64,000 nt of DNA. Source: Somniosus microcephalus (lineage: Eukaryota). Both the position numbers and the translations under genes were made by a program. Shown here piece by piece: positions 34,101-47,400 of the stretch. Positions within the stretch are counted from its first letter, which is position 1. Each line of letters begins with the position of its first letter. The stretch spans positions 153,264,001 to 153,328,000 of the forward strand of contig CM126211.1 of assembly GCA_052327205.1 (NCBI GenBank). Reading direction: 5' to 3'. The notes below the pieces were generated by a model. The model was not told where the DNA came from. It did no database searches and was given only the letters and a program-made list of their open reading frames with translations.

Positions 34101-37100
34101 AAAAAGTTTTGTCATAATTTACACTTGCCACAAATTACCCTGTAGTGATTGAATTGTTTACCGTTAAATCTTAAAATGTGCAATTGCAAAATATATGAAA
34201 GTGCCCCCCGAGAAAGCCCTAATACTTCCCCGCACGCTGACGTCAACCAAAGGAGAATATAAATACGTTATTGCAAGATGCTCACTGCCAAGCAATAGGT
34301 TGATTTAAATGTTGGTCCGATATGCAGTCAGAAACTGCAGCAGTAAATGTAACACAAATTTACATCTTAAAATAATGCTGAATAAAACTTAATTTAAAAA
34401 AACAGTGTATGAATGAACAGGAACAGGGCGCTCTTTGGCTTTGTAATATCTCACTCCATTGAGTGCAGAGTTATGCAAACACATTGCAGGAGCCGAGTCC
34501 TTCTATAACTTTTCCTCCACCAAAAAGTAATCATTAGCGATGCTAATATAGATAACCAAACCCAATGTAGACTACGCCGATAAGGTCAGACTGTTAGAAT
34601 GGTAACATGTTAAATGGGAACAGTGGCGTAGATAAAAAGGGCCCGGAAACAATAGAAATTATATCATTTGGAAATGCCTGTGTGTTTTTTGGGAAGGTAT
34701 TTTTCATCTTCAGCAGTTAATGATGCAGTCAAGTGTCCATGGGAACCTCGAAACGGCTCACCCATAGCTTGGGGTCTCGTTTGATTCTGTGATGTTTCGA
34801 CTCGACGCCGATGAAAAACTTTTTTAAAAATTGAGTCTTTTTCTAATGTAGAAAACTAGTTGCCATTTATAAAATTGTGCAAACATTCTCAGACTAGAAG
34901 AAATTCTTTTAACCTTTCTTTGAAAGAAATGTAAAGCAGTCAGATGGATTCTCGCAGATGCAGGCATCGTTGCAGTCTGAGCAATGGGAGAGAGCGTGCA
35001 AATAATGAACGTCCCCAGAAAAGATATCCGATTTTTGGACGGGCAGAATCTCGCCTCTTTACACGTCGCTGGGCCTTTAAAGCTGATCTCCATCCTTTTC
35101 CTCACAAATAACACACTTCACGTGCCATTTCTCCTCTTCTATTCCTCGTGTTGTATCAGTGTTTTGATTTGAACATTTATTTCAGTGGAGGTCACATTGT
35201 CAGCAAACCTTTACCAATCCCTCAGATTCCTCCAAGGCTACAGATTTAACAATACTTTACCTGGGTTTCATCTCTCAAAGTGAAAGGAGTTTCTGGCCAT
35301 GGGCTTGCTTCTCGTGTCGAAATTAAGATTTTAAATGAGATTTTTCACAAAACCATCGTCATATTCTGTTAACTACACTCTAGTAGTACATCAGAAAGTT
35401 CACTTCAACATGCATCTTAAATCTTGAGGGACGCTCTATGTTTCTTTAATATTCAAGCTAATAGTTACAAAGTTAACTGGAAGCTCTTAAAAATAGGCTG
35501 GGGGAGTGGGGGCTGTGTAGAAAAAATCTGATACTTTTCTTCACCTTAAAACTTCATAACAAAACTGAGGTAGGTAATTAGTAACAACACGGACAAAAAT
35601 ATATATTTCACTTTCAAAACAACAAGAAAAAACAATTGAGGAGACTATTGCTGAACTATTGGCCTGCAGTTCCAGCTGGGTATTCGTCCGTCACAGGCTG
35701 TTACAGGGAAGTGCCCCAGTGAAGGACGAGTAATGCACAGTTGTCTCTAATTCTCCCGCCTGCGTTTCTGCTTTAGCAACCCTGTGCTCAACAACAGATG
35801 TAATTTCAAAAATAAAATCATCCTCCCCAAGACACCCCCCCCCCCCGCCCCACCACCACCCTCCATGTAAGTCCAATTCTTGTTGCTTTAATTCCTTTAC
35901 GTATATTTTTATATTGTGCCACATAGAATAAATGTCTTTTTTAAATCACTAAAACTTCCTACAGAAGTGACAGAGACACTTTATAATTAAAATTAGAGGC
36001 TGAGAGTCACGCCCATTGCATTCACTTTAACATAAATGGCTGTTATTTTGACTTTTTTTTCTTAACGCAACATCTTCCGCCCGGTTTTATAAACTGATTC
36101 TGTGCCCTCTACTTTTCCCTTCCTTTTCATTACTTGGTTCCAAACTCCGTTCATTTGTCTGCGCTATGCTGTATCTTTCCCCGCACGACAGTGCTCCCTA
36201 CCGCCCACAGCGTGCAAAAGCAGCGTCTTTCAAACTCCCCAAATTTGCATTGTGTACTCCAGACCCCGCGTCTTACGAAATTAACGGCACCCAGATAAAA
36301 AAAATAAGCTATATGTTTTAAAATGTCAGAATTGGGAATAGAAGACGGCTACCTTTATTGGGACTATATAGAGAGCTCTATACACTGACGTGGGGTCCCG
36401 AGTGTTCTTCCTGGCTGAAATGGAGTCCTTTATCTAAACCCGAGTGCACAAACATATAGGTTAATGTGACTACTGTTCTTTCCTTTTATTTGGTTCTCTA
36501 TGGCAACGAAAATGCTGTGCGCAGAAATGCACCCCGTCAAGAAAACAAATGATCTTCGGGGAGCTGCTCTACATGGCATCTGTTCCAAAGGGGCACAGAG
36601 GGAAGCAAGGAAGGTAAGAGTGCAAAATGTGTGTGAGAGAGTGAGTGAGGGAAAGTGTGTGTGAAACAGAGAGGACTGTATGTGTGGTTGATGGAGAAAG
36701 AATGGTGTGCGTGTGTGAAAGAAAAATAAAGGACAGACTGTGAGATGTAACAATGTAAAAAAAATGCTCCTTTAAAAACTCGATTTTTGTTACTGATGAT
36801 TCAACATTTCTTCGACTAGATGCACACTTTCAGCTTTATTTTTCATGCTATAATGAAATTGAGAAAACAGTGAAACGACGGGATCAAATAAAGGCTTTTA
36901 TGGCAGTATATATACACAAACACTTTACAAGGTAAAGACATCAATGTTTATAAAATCAATCACGCAGTGAAAATGGACATAAAATACCTACATCAAAGTT
37001 GAAAACGGTGTAAAACTATGCACCGTTATATCTTATAATCATACACACGCACACGTGTGTGCGCGTATACATACAAATGTGTGTTGTGTGTATTTAAGTA

Positions 37101-38899
37101 AGCTTGACATTCAAATTAATTCCACTCGTCACTACGCGAATCTTTTTTTGGAATCAATAATATGAAGTGCCTGGATTTAAAGACGGGAGCTGCGGAGGAG
37201 GACAACACTGTATGAAATGTCATATTTGGAAGATTTCTTTTACACTTGACCTTGACAATCGAAGTGCTTCCGGTGTGCACCGAGTTTTACCTTTTGTAAT
37301 CAATGGAAGGAAAGTTGCAGAAGATGCTTTTAATGTGGGGAGATGGCGGCCTGTTTGTGCCTGAGCAGGACGCTCGCACCCACCTCTCCGGAGAACTCAG
37401 CCAAGTTCTCGTTAGTTGTGATTGATCGTGATGCTGTGGACAGACTTCCAAGAACCAGAGGGCTCGTTTATAGTGTCTAATATGGTGTCGTTGCACGATC
37501 TGCTTCTGTGTGCACGTTTATTTCTGAGAGCTTTTAGAACGTTTTCGCTACCCAATTCATGCTAGAATCTGCTATTCATCGTGACCTTGCCCAGTGCTCT
37601 CTACTTGTGCATTTCCTCGACAGTAATGGTGAAGCGCAGAACGGCAGATCGATTTAACAAAATTTAAGCACAAAAAATATCGAGCCCAACGCTTCCGATC
37701 CTCAAATGCCCCAACTCCTAAAATCCAACTGAAGCTGTGAATGAAGCCTTTTGAGATAAGATAGCAGACTTACCAATGGGCTGTTCGCTGTTCAAACCAT
37801 AAACAGCGTTGAAAAGTTTCGTATGCTTGGAATATTTGCTTTGCTTTTTGCCTTCGCTCCGAATTGCTCTTCGTCGATCCTCGCTAAGATGCACCCTTGT
37901 ACTGGCTCCACTGAGCCCGGCACTCACTAGTCTATTATTTTCACCAAAATATATGAAAATTTATGCTAATGTAAATCAGTACAAATTGCTCTCTGATGTT
38001 TTACTTTTTTCATGGTGGGGAAACAAGATATAGAGGATATTTTTTTTTTAAAAGACAAAATATATTTTAGGTCTTTTACATCTTTACCATTGACCTTTAA
38101 GCTTTTTTTAATGGGGAGAAATGCAGTTCTTTTCAGCGGCGCATTCACGTTTCATCAGTCCACCTGAGACGCCTTTAAATGCGTGTACTGTGAAATTCGT
38201 AGCAGTAATTTAGACAAAATCCTCACTGTATATTAATGAAAGACGGCCCCATGGCACCGCTCCTATACTCCCCATTCAGTGTAAACAAAACCACGAGACT
38301 CGGTTTGAGAGTGGTCCAAGGAAAATCTGCTGGAAAGGAAAACATGCTGTTGGGGCTCTGGCACAGACTATTCAGCGTCTGCACCTGGAGATCTGAGATT
38401 TAAATGAGATCTGTGTTACATCTATAAACTCTTTAGCAGCCTAGAAATGAAGAAATTCGTACGGTCTGAGGGTTGAATTAGACTTAGGCTTCAGATCAGT
38501 TCCACATATAACGAGTCTACTAACACCAAGAAATATTTGTTTTTAAAATCCTGTGCCTGTTACCGTTCAAGATTTGGTCCCACTCAAATTTTGAACCTCA
38601 CACAAAGGTCTTAAGATCGTGCACTAAACGGAGTTTATTTTTGCAGGTCTGAGTGAATCGGTTAAGACGGAAACTAGCGCATTCGAACAGTTATGTTTCC
38701 AATGCGAAATGAGTCGGTTGCATTTCTCTCCTAGACACACAACTTATTCGTTTGCATATTCAGGACTAAGTTTATTTATTTTTCTTCACTCCCTCAGGAA
38801 TGGTCAACTTGTCCTTGTTTTGGTTGCTACTTTTTAAAAATCTATTCTCTTGATTCACCAACGCTGGCTGTTTGCAGCTTTTCTGCTTGGCCGCATCCA

Positions 38900-39075
38900 C
38901 CACCACCCCCCCCCCCCCCGCCCGTAACAACGACGTTCCCCTAATTAAAAAGCAGCCAATCGGAACCGCCGGAAGGAAGCCGCGCGCCCGAGTCGCGCAG
39001 TCGGAACGCGTCAATCACTCAGCGGGTAGCCAATCAGCGGGAGCCTCTGGCTGAACTTCCTCCTTTTTTCTGTGG
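38900..39075 (+). promoter_or_regulatory. Putative POU3F3 proximal promoter at the start of the CpG island
   Basis: GC-box-like cccccgccc near 38915, CCAAT boxes at 38956-38960 and 39030-39034 (both agccaatc), ETS-like ccggaag near 38969; 300-450 bp upstream of the ATG. Confidence 0.65.
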
Positions 39076-39348
39076 TGTGCGGGGAGAGCGCGGCGCGGCG
39101 GCCGAGGTAAACACTAGCTATGTGAGAAGGGAACTGTCAAACAGCAGCTTTACCAAGTCCCACCACCACCAGCATCCCACACACAACAACAAAACTCTCA
39201 GCAACAACAAAAAAGAGAGAGAGAGAAAGCAAAAAAAAGAGAGAAAAGAGGAACTTAAAAACAATCCAACCCACTTTATTTCTATTTATCTCTGGCAATC
39301 AAACAACTACTGCTACAAAACAAAAAGGACAAGAGAGGGGGAAAAGCC

Positions 39349-40521
39349 ATGGCGACAGCGACGTCCAATCCCTACATGCCGAGCAATAGCATCCTGTCGT
39401 CCAACTCTATCGTGCACAGCGACTCAGGCGGCATGCAGCAGGCGACCACGTACCGGGATCCCTCGAAAATGGTGCAAAGCGACTTCATGCAGGGGGCCAT
39501 CGCCAGCAACGGCCACATGCTCAGCCATGCACACCAGTGGGTGACGGCGCTGCCGCACACCGATGCCGGCTCGCCCTGGTCCTCGGCCATGTCCGGCAGC
39601 CCCTTGGGTCAGCAGCAGCAGCAACAGCAGCAGCAGCAACAGGACGTGAAGCCGTCGGTGCAGGTCGTGGGCCGGGACGAACTGCACACGGGAGCGGCTC
39701 CTCTCCATCACCACCGCCCGCCTCACCTGCCTCCTCACCAGCCGTCTCACGGCGGCCACCCGACCGCCTGGGGGGCGACCACCACGGCTCACATGCCTTC
39801 CATGGGCTCGGCCGTGCAGCCGCTCATCTACTCGCAGCCCGGGTTCACCGTCAACGGCATGCTGAGTCAGGCGGGAGGGCAGAGCCTGCACCCGGGGCTG
39901 AGGGACACGCCGGAGCTGGTGGACCACGGGCAGCAGCACCACAGCCACGACCACTCGGACGAGGACACGCCGACCTCGGACGACCTGGAGCAATTCGCCA
40001 AGCAGTTCAAGCAGAGGAGGATCAAGCTGGGCTTCACCCAGGCTGACGTGGGCTTGGCGCTGGGCACCCTCTACGGCAACGTCTTCTCCCAGACCACCAT
40101 CTGCCGGTTCGAGGCGTTGCAGCTGAGCTTTAAAAATATGTGCAAACTCAAGCCCCTGCTGAACAAGTGGCTGGAGGAGGCCGACTCGTCGACCGGCAGC
40201 CCCACCAGCATCGACAAAATCGCTGCTCAGGGGAGGAAGAGAAAGAAGCGCACCTCCATCGAGGTGAGCGTGAAAGGAGCGCTGGAGAGCCATTTCTTGA
40301 AATGTCCCAAGCCCTCGGCGCAGGAGATCACCTCCCTGGCAGACAGCCTTCAGTTGGAAAAAGAAGTTGTCCGGGTTTGGTTCTGCAATCGGAGGCAGAA
40401 AGAGAAACGCATGACGCCGCCGGGAGGAGTGCAGCAGACGGACGATGTGTACTCACAGGTCGGCAATGTAAACGCCGACACACCGCCCTCTCACCACGGA
40501 CTACAAACCGCCGTGCAGTGA
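39349..40521 (+). CDS. POU3F3: POU class 3 homeobox 3 (Brn-1), 390 aa, intronless ORF
   Basis: Complete POU-specific domain ([24 protein letters not shown]) and POU homeodomain ([15 protein letters not shown]). POU3F3-type termini: MATAx[47 protein letters not shown]. Kozak context gccATGG. Confidence 0.95.
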   Translation: MATATSNPYMPSNSILSSNSIVHSDSGGMQQATTYRDPSKMVQSDFMQGAIASNGHMLSHAHQWVTALPHTDAGSPWSSAMSGSPLGQQQQQQQQQQQDVKPSVQVVGRDELHTGAAPLHHHRPPHLPPHQPSHGGHPTAWGATTTAHMPSMGSAVQPLIYSQPGFTVNGMLSQAGGQSLHPGLRDTPELVDHGQQHHSHDHSDEDTPTSDDLEQFAKQFKQRRIKLGFTQADVGLALGTLYGNVFSQTTICRFEALQLSFKNMCKLKPLLNKWLEEADSSTGSPTSIDKIAAQGRKRKKRTSIEVSVKGALESHFLKCPKPSAQEITSLADSLQLEKEVVRVWFCNRRQKEKRMTPPGGVQQTDDVYSQVGNVNADTPPSHHGLQTAVQ

Positions 40522-42341
40522 AAGCAAAACAGCAAACATAGACTGTTTAGACTGGATTTTTTTTTTAAAAAAAGGACAAAACGAAATCAACAAGATCAGG
40601 ACTATCGCAATGATAGCAGGTTTTCTACTGTGATTGTGAGGCTGGCGATTGCATCGAATGAGTGCACCAAAACTGCAGATGTCTTTTCTTTTAAAAAAAA
40701 TAGAAAAAAATATCCGAACCCCTTGGCTTGTGGTGATCGGCAGGTGGACCCCAGATACTTCCAGATAAGTGCGTCTACATGTGCCTGCTGTTTCAGAAGG
40801 ACTGGTTTATAAAATCATTTCAGATTTGGTCCAGTGAGATCGGCTGTGGACGCTGGTTGCCTGGAAGGTGCCTGGTGTACTTCCAGCGGCTTGTTTTTCT
40901 TGGCTCTATCAGGTGCATAGACAACATTGAAACAAAAAATTCTGTTATGTGAAATACTGAAGACTGTCCCTTATGTAAAACACGGTAATCTGCAGGAGAA
41001 AAGGAGGTAATCCGTACTGACTATAAAAAGACCAGTAGAAGGGGGTCTTAAAAACGCAAAACTTCAGAACAACATTAAACCTGCAAGGCAGGGGAAATTT
41101 CAAGACACAAAAATTAAATGGGTTGATCCAAAAATAATGACAGATGGAACTTTCAGCAGCAAGGCTTGTTGGAAAAGACAAGACAAAAGAAAGACTGGGG
41201 GATTTGGGCGAGAAATCGTCCCAGATGTGGCTTTGATGATTGGTTCATTATGTTGTGTTCGACCTCATCCCCCCCACCCCCCAAAAAACCTTCGCCCGAA
41301 TGTTTTCTAATTTCATCTCCAGCCGATTGGAGTAGAAGCATTTTTTAATAAAAAAAGAAAAAGAGAAAAAAAAAACACTCCACCATCTGCAGCTGCACTT
41401 ACTGAACTTATCCTCTTCTAAACCATTGCCAAGTTGAATGAATGGGTGCTGTGGATGCGACTGTATAAAACTGCCATTTCCAAGCAGTGTTCTTGGTAGG
41501 TTTCAATATAGACTTTTCAAAGACGGCAATATAGAGTCAGTAGATCAGTTACTGATCTAAAATATTTACTTTATATTTTCATCAAAATTGACTTCTTTTA
41601 ATATTTTATTCAGAATACCTATGAACTGCTGCAAAACGGTAATTTATTTTTCCCCAGATCTTGTATTAGATGTTTTCAAAACGAGCACAAATAAATGCGA
41701 TGAAAAATGGACAGTTGTTAGGTAATAAGGGTATCTTTTGATGTGATAATTTGATTGTAATTTAATTTGAGTAGTGATTCCGTAAGAGATGATTCAAGAA
41801 ATAAATTTGTTAGAGTCAAACGATTTTGTGGCTCATGTGTCTGATGTACAATGACAGTACCTCAATTTTTTTGCAGAAAAGCGTTAGTCTGTTTAAGATG
41901 TATATAGAGCATTTATTTATGAACCATAAATTCATTGCCATACCATTAAATTACACTTTAATATTTAATGTCGTTTTAGGCTTAAATATTCAACGTTTAT
42001 TTTTTTTAATTCCGAAAGTATGATGTAGGATAAAACTACGTTATGAATTTATAAATGAAATCCAATTAGTGTCTGATTTATATGTTATCAGAACTAGGTA
42101 AGCTTTTAATCACGCTTAAGTCCCGTGCTGAGTTTGGATGTTTGTCCTGTGTCTGTTTTCTGTATTTTAAGGAGTCTCCAAAATGCATAATACAACAAGC
42201 CTCTGCTTCTGTCCGAATGGGTTTACATGATTTTTCCAAGCCATTGGTTTGCCTTATTTTTGAGAACATAAATTAACCTTATCAAAAAATACCGGTCTTT
42301 AATCAGTCAGTTTGAATATGGAGTTATTTATCTAAAATAAA
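40522..42341 (+). other. Probable POU3F3 3' UTR with candidate poly(A) signals
   Basis: AT-rich and repeat-free; AATAAA at 41347, 41690, 41800 and 42336. The true end is unknown. Confidence 0.5.
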
Positions 42342-44433
42342 ACATGTTAGAAGTGTTTGGGAGAGGAGGCAAAGGAAATTTCTAAAAGAGGTTCAGCTGC
42401 AGGTCACAGCTTCATTGAATGGGTTGTGTTTATATAGTTTAGACTGGTTTACTCTGTATTTCCAAAACAAGACCCAGTGGAATAAGAGCGTCTGGATATA
42501 TATTTTTTAATCAAAGATGTCTTGTCTAATAACTCCCTATACAGTTCTGCTGGTAAACCGCGTTTCTTATTTAGGGAATATATTAAAATGAAAAAAGATT
42601 AGACCATCACAAAAACGTTTATTAACATTTAATATTTTACTTACCTATTGACAAAGGTCGTAAGACGCTTATTTGATTTACAGCAGAGTTCACTGCGGTT
42701 CAGGTTTTTTCACAAACATCTTTGCATGATTTATACCAGTAGCACCCTACTAAAAATGCAATCATTGGAATTACAAATGGGATGTAATTATATACTTTAA
42801 TAGTGTATTGCTGTTCAACAGTATAAGGTGAATATATGGGAATATACTTTTGAATATCCGCTTTTCCTACCATTTGATAGTTTAACGTTCTTCACAAATG
42901 TCTGGTTAACACTGAAGTGCGATATTACTGTGATGATTCCAGCATATCTATGTTCAGGTACAATACTTACAATCAGGTCTAGATATTTTCCACTGTCAAA
43001 ACGTTTAGGAGGAGGGGGAGGGGAAGGCTGATATGGTGAGATGCTAGGTGCAAAGAGATCCGTTATTGTTTTAAAATATAAAATGCCCACAAGAGGTGAC
43101 AAGGCATGTTAGGTTGTTGGCACGCTCTGTGTTGTATTTTTTTTGAACAGCTCGGTATGTGACGTCAGTGAAGTGCGATATTACAATTAGATCTTGGAAA
43201 ACCTGATCATGTTGCCGTTATTATTATTTTTTCTGCCGCTGCTTTAGTTTTTTTAAGGGGTACTATATGTGCGGTGTGTATCTATAGAAAGTTGTGGGTC
43301 AGCGCCGCGTTGTATTGGCAATTCGCAATCACAATACCACAAATTGATAGGTGGACGTATTTTGGCCAAATTTAAATATTTCTCGGCACCTATGGTCACC
43401 AGGAAACGCGTTAATAAGTAGCACAGCGATACTAATGAATAGCGGGGGCTATGGCAACATTAGGGTTGTCAGTAAGACAGAGTTCTGTTAGCAAATAATA
43501 ACACGTGATTCCAAAAATCCATTTTTTTACACATGAAGTGTGCTGCTTGTTAGGAAATGATCAAGACTGTATGAAGTGTCCTGGAGGATGTTGATTCGTG
43601 CACCCAGCGCAGAGTGGAATCCAGAATGATTTATGTGTCAATCCCGAGTGATTAAAAACTCTGAAACTCAGTCTAGTCTCTGATTTTGTAAGTTTGATGT
43701 TTGTGGGGAAATGAAGCGTTGAAGTCAGATTACATGGAAGTGTTCCATTAGATACGAGGAGAACCACTGGAGAATTGCGTGAAATAGGAAACATCGTTCT
43801 ATTGTTTTCCATATTAGTTCAATTTATTCTGCAGAAGTTGCATTTAAGGCCCCGTTTGAACCAAACCCCTCATTGTGCTCAATTCCGTGAAGATCCATTG
43901 GAAAAATAATTGAAATATGTGGGAAAAGGCAGAATCAGAAAAAGTGTAAGAGAATTTAAAATATATTTTCTGAGGTGGTAAATTTTGAATTGTATGATTC
44001 TAATCTGACAGCCTGGATCCAGCTACTCAATTATTCCGTTCCTCATATTTTTCAAATTGTGTTTTAGTATCACATTTCCTTAGCACTCACTTTTCTTTTT
44101 TTTTACTCATTTCATTCTTATTTCCGTTAGCCATACGCCGCGAATGGCTACACTAAATTAAATATGCTTGTAGGAAGATTCCTGCTGCGGGGATATCAAG
44201 CTGCATTAATTTCTGTCTCCTTTATCTGTATCTTTTAGTGACACCTTTAACTACTCTCGGTTACCAGCGGTTCACAATTTCTCAGATGTCTGGTTCCCCC
44301 TTCTTTGTCTCTCATACTGTAGAAGCCTTAATTGTCTCATTCTTGCCTCTTCCAAAACGTTTAGTTATCATTTATTTGCAGGGTAAATTAGTGTATTAGA
44401 GTGTATGTGCAAAAACTGCAGGGTAATTGAAGT

Positions 44434-44452
44434 ACACTCACACACATAATAT

Positions 44453-44483
<31 letters not shown>
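44434..44483. repeat. (CA)n-(TA)n-(TG)n quasi-palindromic microsatellite
   Basis: acactcacacacataatattatatatatatatatatgtgtgtgtgtgtgt. Confidence 0.85.
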
Positions 44484-47400
44484 TTCAATCTTATCTTTTG
44501 AACTTATTACTAAGTCTATATATATCCGTTAACTTGCTTCCTTCTCTGTTTCATTCTGCGAGACGTTATGCTTGTGAAAGTTCTGTTTGAGATAGCCATT
44601 GCTGTCGCTTTTATCCGTTGAAATCTATTCGCTTTTAAGTACAATAGTCGCAGAGGAGAAGGGGGGTGGATTGTTGAAAAGAGCTCGAGGTGGCGAGGTA
44701 AATTTTAAAAGAATTGGCGATTGAGTAGTGTTTGGCGTGATTAATCTTGAAAATAAACAGCAAGTTAGAAAAACATTCTGAAGTTACCTCACGAGCCCTT
44801 AGTTTATGTTGAAGTTGTGCTGCCAACTTAAATGTTAATTAATCAAAACTCACAAACTGGTGCAACAGGTGCATTTTGTACTGAACTTGTTCAATTCAGG
44901 TTGCATTAATTATGCAAGTTTTCCAAATCACGGCGTGGGCAACCAGTTTGCATCGTTTTCATTAAAAAAATACTTGCGTTATTTTTGAATACACATGGCT
45001 TATCTCGTAAACGGATTGCCAAGTCTATGCTTCCTCTTTTTGTTTAACTTGGATGGACATGAGAACAAATATGTGACACTGACGTTTGGGTGTAGGTTGT
45101 GTGGCTTTATAAATACAGCAGAAGCGGCGCCAAAAACAAATGTTGCTGGTGATCTTTACACTTTATGCGTTTTCGTGTTTGGGGTTGGGGGTGGTATAAG
45201 CAAAAGAGTTTCTAGTTAATACCTTGTGTTAACAAGGTGTGCAGTAACTCAATCTACGCAACAGTTGTACAGCATGTTACACGTCAGTGACAGAATGCAT
45301 TGTGAAACAATAGTGTTTAAAGCTTGAGTAAGCGAGATTGACCACTGCGTGTTCCCACAATTGATCTTAATTATTATCAAGATATAAAATACACAGCATG
45401 CATACCTAATGCTGTGAGGGATCTTCTTACTACATATCGAGATCAAATGGATTTCATTTTAAAAGACTATTGTAATGTTGAGCGCTGATAGGTGAAGCCA
45501 CATCACGCAGTGCTATTTTGCGAGGGGTTCTTTATCTTTGCTAATAAGACTATGTTGGGAACGATATGTAGTACAGAAATAGTCACATTTAAGCACAGGT
45601 GTATATTTGGATCTTTGCAAAAACGGATCTACATTTTAATTGCGAATCGCCATAGAAGCCCATCTTGGCTCAAGTCAAAGTGCTTCCATTCTGCTGAGAC
45701 TGCCCCTTTCCCATTGCAAAAAAGGCTGCAGTTTCAGCTGCCACAACCTCCCACTGACCCACCCACCCCCTCCCCCTTGAAAAATAACATTGCAATGCAC
45801 AAGTTTGTGCGTCCAATTTGCTGACATACTCCCAAATACAGACAGAAAAGCAAATATCTCAGTGCTGCAACCCTATCAACTTAACATGGTTTGTCTTCTT
45901 GCTGCACGAGAGAGGGCCTAGAGTTGGGGTGTCTGTCTCAGCCGGTGCTGGCGTATTGCAAGGGATTTTGCCGAGAGCCCCGACTGCTTTGCACGTAAGG
46001 CAGATGCTGCCCATCCTACAAGTTGTTTTTCTGGTGTCGACCATTCATTAAAACGCAGCAGCCTTTGAAAAAAAAATCGCATTTCTCGGATCGATTAGCT
46101 AACACCGGTTGCTTAGCAACTAAATTCAAGCGGAGTTGAAATAAAGTGCATTTTTATATTATTATTTATTGGGAGAACAATAATAATAGAACGACCGCTT
46201 GCCAGATTCTCTTGACTGTAGTGTGTTTTAATTCAACTCTGGAGATGTGTTCAGAACTTGGGAACCGAATACAGTTTTAATTATCATGAATAAGGGAATG
46301 TTGCAGGGAGTACAAACGGATTCTGCTCGGTTACACCACACTATTCAGTAGCATATAATACATTGACGTCCTCTGGCATTAGAATTATTTGTAAAAGTGG
46401 TTTGTGAAGGTGATTTCTGGGATACTTGATGAATTCAGATAGAGTCGCGCTCTGTGCTTATTTCTTGCTGTGCGATGCGGGCTGCTCTTTAGACGGTTCC
46501 CCATGCAGAGTGTTGCAGATTGACTGGTGAAACCGAAGCGTGTCCTTACCCAGCCTGGGTAGTAATTGAACAGGTCACTCCATCTGGTGGGGAAACATTT
46601 TCACTTCGGGCCTGAATCCGAGTGTTGTGATAAACCTCAATGTAACCAAGCGAGATTTCAAAACAATTCTCTTAAAGTTACAGTTTTTTGTTTATGATTA
46701 ATATACTATGCCGGATACTTTTTAAATTTCTGAATTGCACCGAGTTTTTATTTGCTTACCTTAACCGTTCCTTTACATATCAGTTAGTTTCTGATTGATT
46801 GCAGAAGCCGGCGCCAAAAGTGTATAATGCCTTTTACATAGCATCTTTTTAAAGGTCTGTATTTAATTTGCCACATTCAAGGTGGAATTGTATTAAAAGT
46901 GCATAGCTCGTCTTGTTGAAGGTTCGGACATGTAAGAATTAAGGCATGGTTGTGCATAGGTTTGATAGTTAAATTAGTGCCTAGAGGCACCTAGATACTG
47001 CCTTAGTAGATCAACCTATTCCGTTTTAAATATTATTGAAGTGTACAACTGAAGTTACACGATTATTTGAACTTTTCGTTTTATGGCCAGGAATGCTCAC
47101 TAGTTCTGATGGTCCAATAATTAAAATACTGTACGTTCATCCTTGGCTCTTTACCGACCTAAAGCAATGATTATATGGGGCAGAGTAATCGAGCTAGGCC
47201 TGAAGTGATACAGTAGAATTACACTCACACAAAATACCTTAAAGAAAAATATTAATTCGGTGACCCATGTGGGAACAGCCGAGTCTCCAAAGATTCCCGC
47301 ACAGCTCCACAAAGGTAGGGAGTTCTTTGTTCAAACTGCACTGTTGCAGCCAGAGGAAAGATACACTGACTTTATACAGACTGTATTACAGACTTTGAAG

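Noticed and set aside
39077-39544. 155-aa ORF overlapping the POU3F3 5' UTR
   Set aside because: Non-ATG (GTG) start and low-complexity A-rich translation; no support as a protein.
39424-40293. 289-aa antisense ORF and other overlapping ORFs at POU3F3
   Set aside because: Expected shadow of high-GC3 codon usage in the real CDS; no recognisable domain.
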